A DNA stretch of 29,542 nucleotides from IMG/VR virus record IMGVR_UViG_3300033067_000349, positions 1 to 29,542 of that record, one strand, 5' to 3'. Both the position numbers and the translations under genes were made by a program. A model generated the notes under the pieces. That model was not told the DNA's origin and did no database searches. It saw only the letters and a program-made list of their open reading frames with translations. Each line of letters begins with the position of its first letter. Position 1 is the first letter of the stretch. This document shows, piece after piece, positions 17,573 to 26,146 of the stretch. This stretch comes from a virus. Lineage: Duplodnaviria; Caudoviricetes.

Positions 17573-19978
17573 ATGGACATGAAAGTATCAGTATTTAAAA
17601 ACCTATTTAACACCAAAGAAACACCTTACAACCTATCAATCTATGAGGTTTACAATCGTATTAAGAACGGAACACCCGAATTGATTAGGAAGATATCATC
17701 CATTCGCTCACTCGACAAGAATGACCCTGAACATGACCGACTCAAGTCATCCCTCAATGCAATCATGTTCAATGGTATATTCACCGAGCGCAATGACAAC
17801 TCACTGACTGAACACAGTGGTCTCTGCATCCTGGACTTCGACCAATATCCAAACAAGAAAGTGATGGATGCTGAACGACAACGACTCATTGATGACCCTC
17901 ATGTGATGATGGTGTTCACATCTCCATCAGGCAATGGGTTGAAAGCAGTGATTCGCATACCAAAATGCGATAAGGTGGAACACAAGCGCAGATTCACTGC
18001 ATTCGGCAAGTACTTCCAATCAGAGTACTTCGACCACAAGAACTCAAATGTGAGTCGAGTATGCTTCGAATCCTATGACCCGAAGATATACTTCAATGAG
18101 TTCTGCCAAGAGTTCACAGGCATCGAACACGATCAAGGATTCAACTACACTGAACGAACACCAACCTGTGTACTGAATGATGAGGACAAAATCATCGCAT
18201 TGATTGAACGATTTGACCATGGTTGTCAATTCGAGGAAGGCAGTCGCAATGAGTTTGTGTTCAAATTGGCAGCAGTCATGTGTGAGTATGGAATCCACAA
18301 GGATACAACCGAGCAGTATGTGTGGACAAAGTACTGTCAAGGGTCATCATTCTCCGAGCAAGAGATGGTCACGACCATTCGCAGTGCATACAAGAAAGCC
18401 ACCTTTGGAATGAAGTACTTTGAGGATAAGGATACCTTTCAGAAAATCAAGCAGAAACTCAAGTCCGGAATACCTGAAGAGGACATAAAGAAACAACTCA
18501 ATGTCAGAGGTGATGTAGTTGAGGATGTCAAGAAAGAAATCAAGACAGGTGATGACATCTTTTGGTCGAAAAATGACAAGGGTGCAGTCAGCATCGAGCC
18601 ACTTAAATACTCCGAGTTCTTGGTCAAAAATGGATTCAATAAGTACTATCCCGAGAACGCAGAGAAACCAACATTTGTCAGAGTGATTGAGAATAAGGTG
18701 CGCATCTCCAGTGCAGAGCAAATCAAAGACTTTGTTTTGACCTATCTGATGGACAAGCAGGAACTCGATGTTTGGAACTACTGTTCAAAGTCAACATTTT
18801 TGTTCACTGAATCCTTCCTGAATATGATTGACTCCATCAATATCTTGATGCTTCAGGACTCAAAGGATGCCTCATTCATTCCATACAAGAATGGAGTGGC
18901 AAAAGTTACCAAGGATGCAGTCGAACTGATGTCATATATCGATGTGGATGGCTACATTTGGGAGAACCAAATCATCCCTCGAGACTTCACCGTCTTGGAA
19001 GATTGCACAAATGACTTCCAAAACTTTGTGAGCAAGGTATCTGCGGATGATTCTGCTCGTATATCTGCGCTTGAAACTACACTTGGCTACCTCATCCATA
19101 CATACAAGGATAAAACTGACCAAAAAGCAATTATATTCAATGACCAAGAGATTGATGACAACCCGAATGGTGGGTCAGGGAAGTCACTGATGTTGACTGC
19201 CATCGGTAATCTGCGCAAAATTGTCAAGATTGATGGCAAGAGTTTCAATCCGAGCAAGTCAGACTTTGTGTATCAGCGAGTGAACCTGGATACGCAGATA
19301 CTTGCATTCGATGATGTGCGCAGAAACTTCGACTTCGAGCAACTGTTCTCACTCATCACCGAGGGAATCACCGTGAATCGCAAAAACAAGGATGAAATCT
19401 TCATTCCTTTTGATCGTTCACCAAAGATTGTCATCACCACCAACTATGTCATCAGTGGTGCAGGGTCATCACACGATAGGAGAAGGCATGAATTGGAGTT
19501 CTTTCAGTACTTCCATGCCAAGCGAAGTCCACTCGATGAGTATGGTCGATTGTTATTCGACTCATGGGGTGAACAGGATTGGTTGAGATTCGACAACTAC
19601 ATGATTGGATGCCTTCAGAACTATCTGCAATTCGGTCTTGTGAAATCAATCAGTATCAATGCAGATGCCAAGCGATTCATCCAGGCAACTTGCAAGGATT
19701 TCTTTGATTGGGTTGAGGAAGGTAATCTTCCAACATCGGTGTATCACTATAATGCAGCCAAACTGCAAGAGTTCACATCCGAGTTCACAGGATTCAAAGA
19801 TATGGAGCCAAGGAGATTCCTCAAATGGGTGCAGTCTTATGCTGACTTCAAAGGATACACGATGACCAAGGGTCGCAACCACAATGGAAGATACTTCGAA
19901 CTCATTGGAGAACAGTCAACCCCAACGACTGATGGTGATGTGTGGGATGAGTTAAATGATAGAGCAAAAGGGATATGA
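17573..19978 (+). CDS. Primase-helicase: BT4734/VirE-N-like primase domain, PriCT-like domain and SF3-type helicase
   Basis: 'ILDFD', 'TSPSGNGLK', 'SRVCFESYDP'; 'GSRNEFVFKLA'; Walker A GGSGKS, Walker B ILAFDD, motif C ITTN; start moved to ATG 17573 (or 17579) past the repeat array. Confidence 0.85.
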   Translation: MDMKVSVFKNLFNTKETPYNLSIYEVYNRIKNGTPELIRKISSIRSLDKNDPEHDRLKSSLNAIMFNGIFTERNDNSLTEHSGLCILDFDQYPNKKVMDAERQRLIDDPHVMMVFTSPSGNGLKAVIRIPKCDKVEHKRRFTAFGKYFQSEYFDHKNSNVSRVCFESYDPKIYFNEFCQEFTGIEHDQGFNYTERTPTCVLNDEDKIIALIERFDHGCQFEEGSRNEFVFKLAAVMCEYGIHKDTTEQYVWTKYCQGSSFSEQEMVTTIRSAYKKATFGMKYFEDKDTFQKIKQKLKSGIPEEDIKKQLNVRGDVVEDVKKEIKTGDDIFWSKNDKGAVSIEPLKYSEFLVKNGFNKYYPENAEKPTFVRVIENKVRISSAEQIKDFVLTYLMDKQELDVWNYCSKSTFLFTESFLNMIDSINILMLQDSKDASFIPYKNGVAKVTKDAVELMSYIDVDGYIWENQIIPRDFTVLEDCTNDFQNFVSKVSADDSARISALETTLGYLIHTYKDKTDQKAIIFNDQEIDDNPNGGSGKSLMLTAIGNLRKIVKIDGKSFNPSKSDFVYQRVNLDTQILAFDDVRRNFDFEQLFSLITEGITVNRKNKDEIFIPFDRSPKIVITTNYVISGAGSSHDRRRHELEFFQYFHAKRSPLDEYGRLLFDSWGEQDWLRFDNYMIGCLQNYLQFGLVKSISINADAKRFIQATCKDFFDWVEEGNLPTSVYHYNAAKLQEFTSEFTGFKDMEPRRFLKWVQSYADFKGYTMTKGRNHNGRYFELIGEQSTPTTDGDVWDELNDRAKGI

Positions 19979-20199
19979 AAAAAAATATATTATTTGGAGA
20001 TATCCAGGTAAGAGATAAGACAAAAGTTAATGTCATAAAGAATGCAGTATTTATTGAAGATGAATGGATGTATAAAGGAATGACAATAATCAAAGTATTG
20101 TCATCAAAAATAATAGGTCAAACGAATACTTCAAAAGAATATACTGAAGTGAAAGCAAGTGATGAAATAAGAAACAAAATAACAGGAGCATATGAATAA
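19975..20199 (+). CDS. Hypothetical protein in AT-rich island
   Basis: 74 aa, ATGA overlap with helicase stop. Confidence 0.65.
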   Translation: MKKNILFGDIQVRDKTKVNVIKNAVFIEDEWMYKGMTIIKVLSSKIIGQTNTSKEYTEVKASDEIRNKITGAYE

Positions 20200-20908
20200 T
20201 TTAGAATTAAACAAAATATATTGCGAAAGCAATCTTGAAACAATGGCAAGAATGCCGGACAACTTTGTTGACTTAGTTGTCACATCACCACCATATAACA
20301 CAGGTGGTAAATCATTGGAGGTAGGTAGATTTTACAAGGATTATGATGATAATTTGAAAAATGAAGAATATAAAGAATTTATTTTTAATAATGTCAAAGA
20401 ACTTATTAGAGTTACAAAACACTATGTTTGTTACAATTTTCAAATTCTATCCAATAACAAAATAATATATTTGGAATTTATGAATGAATTTAAAGACAAC
20501 ATAAAAGATATTGCCATTTGGAAAAAACACGCAGTATCTCAAATTCAAAAGGGAAAAATGGCAACAGGTTTTGAATTTATTGTAATGCTCGGTAAAGATT
20601 CCAAAATGAATTTTGAATACAACAATTTCCCTGAAAATAATTATGTTCCAAATATTCAGACTTGGCATAAAAAGGAATCAATCAAAGGTCATGGTGCAAC
20701 AATGCCTGTTGAAATGGCAAGATATTTTATTGAGTATTTTTCAAAAGAAGGAGATATTGTATATGACCCATTTATGGGAACAGGAACAACTGCTATTGCA
20801 GCTATATTACAAAAAAGAAAATATATTGGAAGTGAAATCACACAACAATATATTGATATTGCAAACAAAAGACTTGAACCACATTTATCTCAACAATCTT
20901 TATTCTAA
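20192..20908 (+). CDS. DNA amino-methyltransferase (N4-C/N6-A, beta class)
   Basis: Motif IV 'TSPPY' precedes motif I 'DPFMGTGTT'. Confidence 0.9.
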   Translation: MNNLELNKIYCESNLETMARMPDNFVDLVVTSPPYNTGGKSLEVGRFYKDYDDNLKNEEYKEFIFNNVKELIRVTKHYVCYNFQILSNNKIIYLEFMNEFKDNIKDIAIWKKHAVSQIQKGKMATGFEFIVMLGKDSKMNFEYNNFPENNYVPNIQTWHKKESIKGHGATMPVEMARYFIEYFSKEGDIVYDPFMGTGTTAIAAILQKRKYIGSEITQQYIDIANKRLEPHLSQQSLF

Positions 20909-21366
20909 TGACACGACAAGAACGACAACTGCTCAAGGACTTGGAACTCGCTTATAAGATGGCGAAGTATCCAACCATTCCACCGAATCTCTTGGCACTG
21001 ACCCACTGGAATGACAACGGAGCCAATGCACTGACCAAGTCGGTGATTGCATTCCTTCAGTTCAATGGATGCCAAGCAGAACGTATCAATACGATGGGTG
21101 TGTATCGCAAAAAGTATCGCACTGATGGTGTTGCCATTGGTGGTCAATGGACAAAGGGAACAGGAACACCTGGCTCCGCTGACATCTCTGCCACGATCAA
21201 GGGGAGAAGTGTCAAAATTGAGATTAAGTATGGCAAGGATAGGCAGTCACAAGCGCAAAAAGACTATCAAAAAGCCATCGAAGAGGCAGGTGGTACCTAC
21301 ATAATCGTGAAAACATTCGCAGATATGCTGAAATTTTATGATGAATTTACGCAATCAATCAATTAA
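20908..21366 (+). CDS. VRR-NUC-like PD-(D/E)xK nuclease, possible resolvase
   Basis: 'GSADI...KIEIK..KDRQS..QK.YQ..IE.AGG.Y.IV'. Confidence 0.8.
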   Translation: MTRQERQLLKDLELAYKMAKYPTIPPNLLALTHWNDNGANALTKSVIAFLQFNGCQAERINTMGVYRKKYRTDGVAIGGQWTKGTGTPGSADISATIKGRSVKIEIKYGKDRQSQAQKDYQKAIEEAGGTYIIVKTFADMLKFYDEFTQSIN

Positions 21367-21397
21367 TTAACTATATTTACAATTCAAAACAACAATT

Positions 21398-21907
21398 ATG
21401 AGCAAAAACACAATGACCCTATGGCAGAAATTACACGCTGCCAAGCAGCAGATTGGCAAGGTTGCCAAGAATGCAAAGAACCCACACTTCAAGAACTCGT
21501 ATGCAGACATCAATGCACTGCTTGATACGGTGGAACCAATCCTTCACGAGCATGGTTTGATTCTATTGCAACCCGTCAATGGTACTGATGTGGTGAGTCG
21601 CATCATCGACATCGAGACAGGTGAGCAGATTGAATCCTTCATGACCTTACCTCCAATTGCTGACCCTCAAAAGACACTCGCAGCAGTGACCTACTTCAGA
21701 CGAGGAACACTTCAGTCATTGCTATCTCTTCAAGCAGTTGATGATGATGGCAACACTGCGGCAGCAGCAACAGGTGGCAAACCAAAGATTGACAATGCAA
21801 GATTCGAGAAGGCAGTTGCATCGATTGAATCAGGCAAGTACACTGTTGAGCAATTGGTTGCCAATTATGACCTCACTGAATTGCAACGTAAAGCATTGAA
21901 CTTATGA
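21398..21907 (+). CDS. ERF-family single-strand annealing protein
   Basis: 'KNPHFKNSYADI', 'TYFRR..L..LL.L...DDDGN'. Confidence 0.85.
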   Translation: MSKNTMTLWQKLHAAKQQIGKVAKNAKNPHFKNSYADINALLDTVEPILHEHGLILLQPVNGTDVVSRIIDIETGEQIESFMTLPPIADPQKTLAAVTYFRRGTLQSLLSLQAVDDDGNTAAAATGGKPKIDNARFEKAVASIESGKYTVEQLVANYDLTELQRKALNL

Positions 21908-22521
21908 AATGGCATCCATCGCAAATCGGTAAACTGATGACCAATGGAAGAGGGAAGTCAGAGATGGGTGAAACTGCCAAGAGTTACATCAGACAGTGTG
22001 CGAAGGAGGACTTCTACAACTACACCACCGAACTCAACAACAAGTATATCTTCAAAGGTAGGGAGCAAGAACTCGAATCCATCTCTTTACTCAATGCAGT
22101 TCGATTCACTGACTATCGCAAGAACGAGGTGACCATTGAGAACGACTATCTCATCGGTACTGCTGATATCGTACTGGAGGACAAAATCATCGACATCAAA
22201 ACATCTTGGTCACTCGACACATTCCCTGCCACACCTGATGAAGGATACAAATCAGATTATGAATGGCAGTTGAGAGCATACATGATGTTGTACGACAAAG
22301 GTATCGCTGAACTCGTGTACTGCATGGTGACCACATGGGATGAGTTCCTCAACGAATGGGAGAACCTCCAATTGCACCGAGTTGACCACATCGACCCCGA
22401 GAAGAGAATCACTGTCCTGTGGTGGGATAGGGATGAGGACAAAGAGATTCAGATGATTGAACGATTGAAACAAGCATCCGAGTATTATGAACAGTATTTC
22501 CAACAACTAAAAGATAAATAA
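21904..22521 (+). CDS. YqaJ/lambda-exonuclease-like nuclease
   Basis: 'PSQIG.LM', 'G...E', 'GTADI', 'DIKTS', 'Y.WQL..YM'. Confidence 0.8.
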   Translation: MKWHPSQIGKLMTNGRGKSEMGETAKSYIRQCAKEDFYNYTTELNNKYIFKGREQELESISLLNAVRFTDYRKNEVTIENDYLIGTADIVLEDKIIDIKTSWSLDTFPATPDEGYKSDYEWQLRAYMMLYDKGIAELVYCMVTTWDEFLNEWENLQLHRVDHIDPEKRITVLWWDRDEDKEIQMIERLKQASEYYEQYFQQLKDK

Positions 22522-22523
22522 AC

Positions 22524-22844
22524 ATGGAAGAGTTAAAAGCAAAAGGCACAATCCACCTAATCGGTGAGCCAAGACAAGTGAGTGAGAAGATGAACCTCGT
22601 TGAGTTCGTCTTGAGTATCGGAGACAAGTATCCACAATTGGTGCAGTTCCAAGCAGTCAATGAACGAGTGAAGTTCTTGGATGGTGCAAAGCCAGGTCAA
22701 GAGTGTGAGGTTAAGTTTGACCTCCGAGGTCGTGAATACAATGGCAAGTTCTATGTGTCATTGAACGCATGGGACATCAGAGTGAATGGAACAGTTGAAA
22801 AAAATGCAATCGCAGATGCAATCGATGACGATCTTCCTTTCTGA
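22524..22844 (+). CDS. DUF3127-like putative ssDNA-binding protein
   Basis: 'EFVL...KYPQ.V.F', 'V.FDLRGREYNGK.Y.SL.AW.I', acidic tail DDDLPF. Confidence 0.85.
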   Translation: MEELKAKGTIHLIGEPRQVSEKMNLVEFVLSIGDKYPQLVQFQAVNERVKFLDGAKPGQECEVKFDLRGREYNGKFYVSLNAWDIRVNGTVEKNAIADAIDDDLPF

Positions 22845-23025
22845 TGGTGAGAACATTCGGGAGTTCATCCAACGTGAATTGGACTCCCGTTTGAACAAGA
22901 GATACAAAATGACTCACATGGCTGAAGATATGGATATCTCCTATTCAATGCTCCATCGTTTCATGAGTGGTCGAGGAGTGGGAGATGAGTTATATATCAA
23001 GGCATTCCAATACTTAATGAAATGA
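22825..23025 (+). CDS. Small HTH protein (start uncertain: 22804, 22816 or 22825)
   Basis: 'MTHMAEDMDISYSMLHRFMSG' has an XRE-like HTH pattern. Confidence 0.6.
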   Translation: MTIFLSDGENIREFIQRELDSRLNKRYKMTHMAEDMDISYSMLHRFMSGRGVGDELYIKAFQYLMK

Positions 23026-23210
23026 AATACTTTATCGCATATATCGGAACCAAGAACGAGAACCTCGACCATTTGGTTGCAAGAGCAAGAGACCTGTTTG
23101 ACATGATGCCAAACGTGAACAGTTGCATCGTGTTGACAGTGTCAGACGAGATGCACATATCTGAAGTCACACCTGAAGAATTCTATGACCAATGGTCAAG
23201 TCTGAACTAA
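23022..23210 (+). CDS. Hypothetical protein
   Basis: 62 aa, ATGA-coupled. Confidence 0.65.
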   Translation: MKYFIAYIGTKNENLDHLVARARDLFDMMPNVNSCIVLTVSDEMHISEVTPEEFYDQWSSLN

Positions 23211-23407
23211 TCGAAGACCCTATCGTTCTCAAGGTACTTGCAAAGTATTATGAGCGCAGTCAAACGGGCATCAGAAAATATGGTCGAACTTTGGATCGTG
23301 ATGACCTGAATCTCATCGATTGGCTGAATCATCTCCAGGAGGAACTGATGGATGCGACATTGTATATTGAAAAACTTAAACAAGATGAACTACGAACTAA
23401 CCGCTAA
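23192..23407 (+). CDS. Small all-alpha protein resembling MazG-like nucleotide pyrophosphohydrolases
   Basis: 'G.RKYG.TL.R.D....WL.HLQEELMDATLY' with an EExxD motif. Confidence 0.55.
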   Translation: MVKSELIEDPIVLKVLAKYYERSQTGIRKYGRTLDRDDLNLIDWLNHLQEELMDATLYIEKLKQDELRTNR

Positions 23408-23576
23408 ACCAAATACATGGGATAGGACATTCACTATCCGATTGAAGTACACCAAAGGAATCGAGAAGTATCGAACCGATAGATTAACCGAGGCAGAGTT
23501 CAATGTGATGTCAACCTACACAACTCAAGAATGGGAGATATACCTGGACACTGCTGATAATTACAAAAAAATATGA
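23385..23576 (+). CDS. Hypothetical protein
   Basis: ATG 23385 (MNYELTAK...), ATGA-coupled to the next ORF. Confidence 0.6.
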   Translation: MNYELTAKPNTWDRTFTIRLKYTKGIEKYRTDRLTEAEFNVMSTYTTQEWEIYLDTADNYKKI

Positions 23577-23695
23577 AACTACACAAAGACGATCGCAGAG
23601 AGGAGATGGCAGCATATGGCACCATGATACTCATCAGCACCATCGGCATCGGTATTGTTATTTCAATTATCTTTGAACTATGGAAACATTTTTGA
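23573..23695 (+). CDS. 40-aa single-TM protein (absent from ORF track)
   Basis: MKLHKDDRREEMAAYGTMILISTIGIGIVISIIFELWKHF; fills the gap with overlaps on both sides. Confidence 0.7.
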   Translation: MKLHKDDRREEMAAYGTMILISTIGIGIVISIIFELWKHF

Positions 23696-23931
23696 CACTC
23701 CTCAACTGCCTTGCCATCGGATGGCTCATCTCAAAGTTCGAACCTCTGCACTGGGTGATTGATTACATCTTCATTCGATTTGAGGCAAAATTCATGCAGT
23801 TCGTTCACGCATCCTTTGGATGTTGGAAATGTACATCATTTTGGACTACTTTGGCACTTACTTGCAATATAGGATATGCCGCAATCGTTTCGATGGTTGC
23901 CTACTTGATTACGCAATGGACACAAGACTGA
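23680..23931 (+). CDS. Membrane protein with CxxC (DUF1360-like)
   Basis: Hydrophobic segments flanking 'GCWKCTSFW'. Confidence 0.6.
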   Translation: METFLTLLNCLAIGWLISKFEPLHWVIDYIFIRFEAKFMQFVHASFGCWKCTSFWTTLALTCNIGYAAIVSMVAYLITQWTQD

Positions 23932-24128
23932 CACAAACCGACCTCGAGTATATCGCAACAGTGATTGCGATGGATGATGCACATCGGTACACCAAGAAAG
24001 CACTCATCCCACTCAAGAAAATCAAGGAGCGAATCGAGGGTCGCATTGATCGTGAGTGTTTCTGCTCCATGGTCAGGCGCAAAATATGGTACAAAGACTT
24101 CATCAATTGGTATGAAAGCAACTCTTGA
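23916..24128 (+). CDS. Hypothetical protein with CxC
   Basis: ATG 23916 (MDTRLTQ...RECFCS...). Confidence 0.6.
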   Translation: MDTRLTQTDLEYIATVIAMDDAHRYTKKALIPLKKIKERIEGRIDRECFCSMVRRKIWYKDFINWYESNS

Positions 24129-24657
24129 CCGATATATCACCGAACACTACACCGAGGTATTTAGATACACTCGGTATTTTTGTGCCAAGTACAATCCGAG
24201 ACTCACTCCCGACCTTGTCATCAACAACGCATATCTCCATTGCATCGAAATCAATGACAACACCGATGATGTCGGTAAGGTCAAAGCATACATCCTCAAC
24301 TCAATCAAGAGGCAAGTCCTATGGCAGAACCTCGACACCAACAAACAGGAACGAATCAGAGCCAATGACATACCTGTTCCGGATTTGATGGTCGATGACA
24401 CTGACCTCAACGAGAAAATCAGCATCGAACAAAAATATCACAAATGGAAGTCATGTGTGGACATCTATCGGGATTCACTCAACGACAATGTCAAGATAAG
24501 AGTGGCAAAAGCATACTTCGATGATGGATATACAACATCCAGGTCGATGGCCAAGTATTTCAACATACCGAATACATCGGCTCATAACCTCATCGCAGAG
24601 ATAAAAAGAGAACTTAAATCAATATACCATGAAAATCAAAGACGAATACAAGGGTAA
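24112..24657 (+). CDS. ECF-like RNA polymerase sigma factor (181 aa)
   Basis: Region-2-like 'YTEVFRYTRYF...DLVINNAYL...KAYILNSIK' and region-4-like HTH 'AYFDDGYTTSRSMAKYFNIPNTSAHNLIAEIKREL'; lies just before packaging genes. Confidence 0.7.
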   Translation: MKATLDRYITEHYTEVFRYTRYFCAKYNPRLTPDLVINNAYLHCIEINDNTDDVGKVKAYILNSIKRQVLWQNLDTNKQERIRANDIPVPDLMVDDTDLNEKISIEQKYHKWKSCVDIYRDSLNDNVKIRVAKAYFDDGYTTSRSMAKYFNIPNTSAHNLIAEIKRELKSIYHENQRRIQG

Positions 24658-24916
24658 GACCATAATTAAGCGGACATCCCTTGGAAACAAAACCATCATT
24701 GTTGACAATATAGATGTATCGAAGTTCAGATACTATGTGTCAATCGGACTTGGATACCTTTTTGAGAAGGAAGCAGAGACCAAAACAACACCCGAACCGA
24801 TACAATACACAGGTATCGAGCAGGATGAGCAGGTCGAAGCACCAGCAGTTGAACCGAAACCGAAACGAAAAAAACCAACAAATGCCAACACCAAGACCAA
24901 ACGAGCAAGAGGATGA
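24629..24916 (+). CDS. Hypothetical protein with basic C-terminal tail
   Basis: 95 aa, 'KPKRKK' tail. Confidence 0.65.
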   Translation: MKIKDEYKGKTIIKRTSLGNKTIIVDNIDVSKFRYYVSIGLGYLFEKEAETKTTPEPIQYTGIEQDEQVEAPAVEPKPKRKKPTNANTKTKRARG

Positions 24917-25658
24917 GTTCATCAGTCGCTGCATGGGCGATGAGGAGGCAGTCAATGATTTCCCTGATGAAGCTCAACGATATGCAGTTTGCAGTTCAAA
25001 GTGGGATGAGTCAAGGATGAGCGCAGTGTCTAAATATCGCAAGGCATTCGCAGAACCTCAACGCATATCCTTCGACTATGATGAGACACTCACAAAGTCA
25101 AAAGAGATTGCAAGGAGATGGATTGCTAAAGGAGCAGAGGTGTACATCATTTCAGCAAGGCATGAGAAGGCAGGAATGCTCAAGACTGCTGCTGAACTCG
25201 GAATCCCTGCATCTCGAGTGTATGCCACTGGAAGCAATAAGAGCAAAATCGAGATTGTTCAGAGACTAAAGATTGACAAACACTATGACAACAACCCTGA
25301 TGTCATCAAACAACTCGGTGTGCATGGTCAACTCGTGATATCTCAAGCTGAATCATTCACTGACTATCCTGAAGCAGCAACCGAGAATGCAAAAATAGCA
25401 CTCCGATGGGTTGAGGAGAACGGATGGGGATCGTGTGGTGAGGCAACAGGCAAAGCAAGAGCATCACAATTGGCAAATCGTGAACCCATTTCGGAGGATA
25501 CCATAGCAAGAATGGCTGCATTTGAACGTCACCGTCAAAACTCCAACAAAGAACTCGGTGACGGATGTGGTCGATTGATGTGGCTAGCATGGGGTGGTGA
25601 TGAAGGAATCGAATGGGCAAGTCGTAAACTTAAACAAATCAGAGATGGGAAGGCCTAA
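24882..25658 (+). CDS. Three-domain protein with a central HAD-like phosphatase domain
   Basis: ATG 24882; 'FISRCM...QRYAVC'; HAD motifs 'FDYDETL', 'IISAR', K, 'HYDNN'; C-terminal 'WLAWGGD.G..WA' domain. Confidence 0.65.
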   Translation: MPTPRPNEQEDEFISRCMGDEEAVNDFPDEAQRYAVCSSKWDESRMSAVSKYRKAFAEPQRISFDYDETLTKSKEIARRWIAKGAEVYIISARHEKAGMLKTAAELGIPASRVYATGSNKSKIEIVQRLKIDKHYDNNPDVIKQLGVHGQLVISQAESFTDYPEAATENAKIALRWVEENGWGSCGEATGKARASQLANREPISEDTIARMAAFERHRQNSNKELGDGCGRLMWLAWGGDEGIEWASRKLKQIRDGKA

Positions 25659-26067
25659 ACACATCGAGACACCTGATGATATGTGGCAATTGTTTCAAGA
25701 GTACCGCAAATGGTGCAAGGACAATCCACGATATCTATACCAACTATCGAACAAGACAGGTGAGGCAGTTCCTGTGCCACTTGAAAGACCGCTTACTGTG
25801 GTCGGTTTCAGGGCATTTGCTGCTGACAAACACAAAAGTGTGGAGGATTACTTTGCGAATACCGAAGGGAGATATTCGGAGTTCACCACAATCTGCCGCA
25901 CGATAGAGGCAAACATCAAGCAAGACCAAATCGAGGGAGGCATGGCAGGACAGTACAATCCATCCATCACTCAACGATTGAATGGTCTCACCGAAAAGAC
26001 TGACATCACCAGTGGAGGACAAAGCATCTCCGAGGTGAAGGTCAACATAATTAAACCGACTGAATAG
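25645..26067 (+). CDS. terS: Terminase small subunit (P22 gp3-like)
   Basis: 'MGRPK.IETP..M...F.EY', 'RPLT..G', 'G.YNP.I..RL.GL.EK'; upstream of terL. Confidence 0.8.
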   Translation: MGRPKHIETPDDMWQLFQEYRKWCKDNPRYLYQLSNKTGEAVPVPLERPLTVVGFRAFAADKHKSVEDYFANTEGRYSEFTTICRTIEANIKQDQIEGGMAGQYNPSITQRLNGLTEKTDITSGGQSISEVKVNIIKPTE

Positions 26068-26077
26068 ATATATTTAG

Positions 26078-26121
26078 TATCTTTGTTCAGAATTGTCTAT
26101 ATAGGAGAAAAACCTGTATAG
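26078..26121 (+). promoter_or_regulatory. TAnnTTTG box plus hairpin upstream of terL
   Basis: TATCTTTG at 26078 (no clear -33 box); CTATATAGG-AGAAAAA-CCTGTATAG hairpin at 26097-26121. Confidence 0.45.
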
Positions 26122-26146
26122 CATCCCTATTGCCTAAACTCTGCAT

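Noticed and set aside
21346-21379. Host-type promoter before the ERF gene (TATATTTA at 21372)
   Set aside because: Both boxes mismatch and spacing is long; plausible but not supported enough
24600-24631. Fifth late promoter (TCAATATA-CC-ATG)
   Set aside because: Only the downstream half resembles the motif; no AACA at the expected distance
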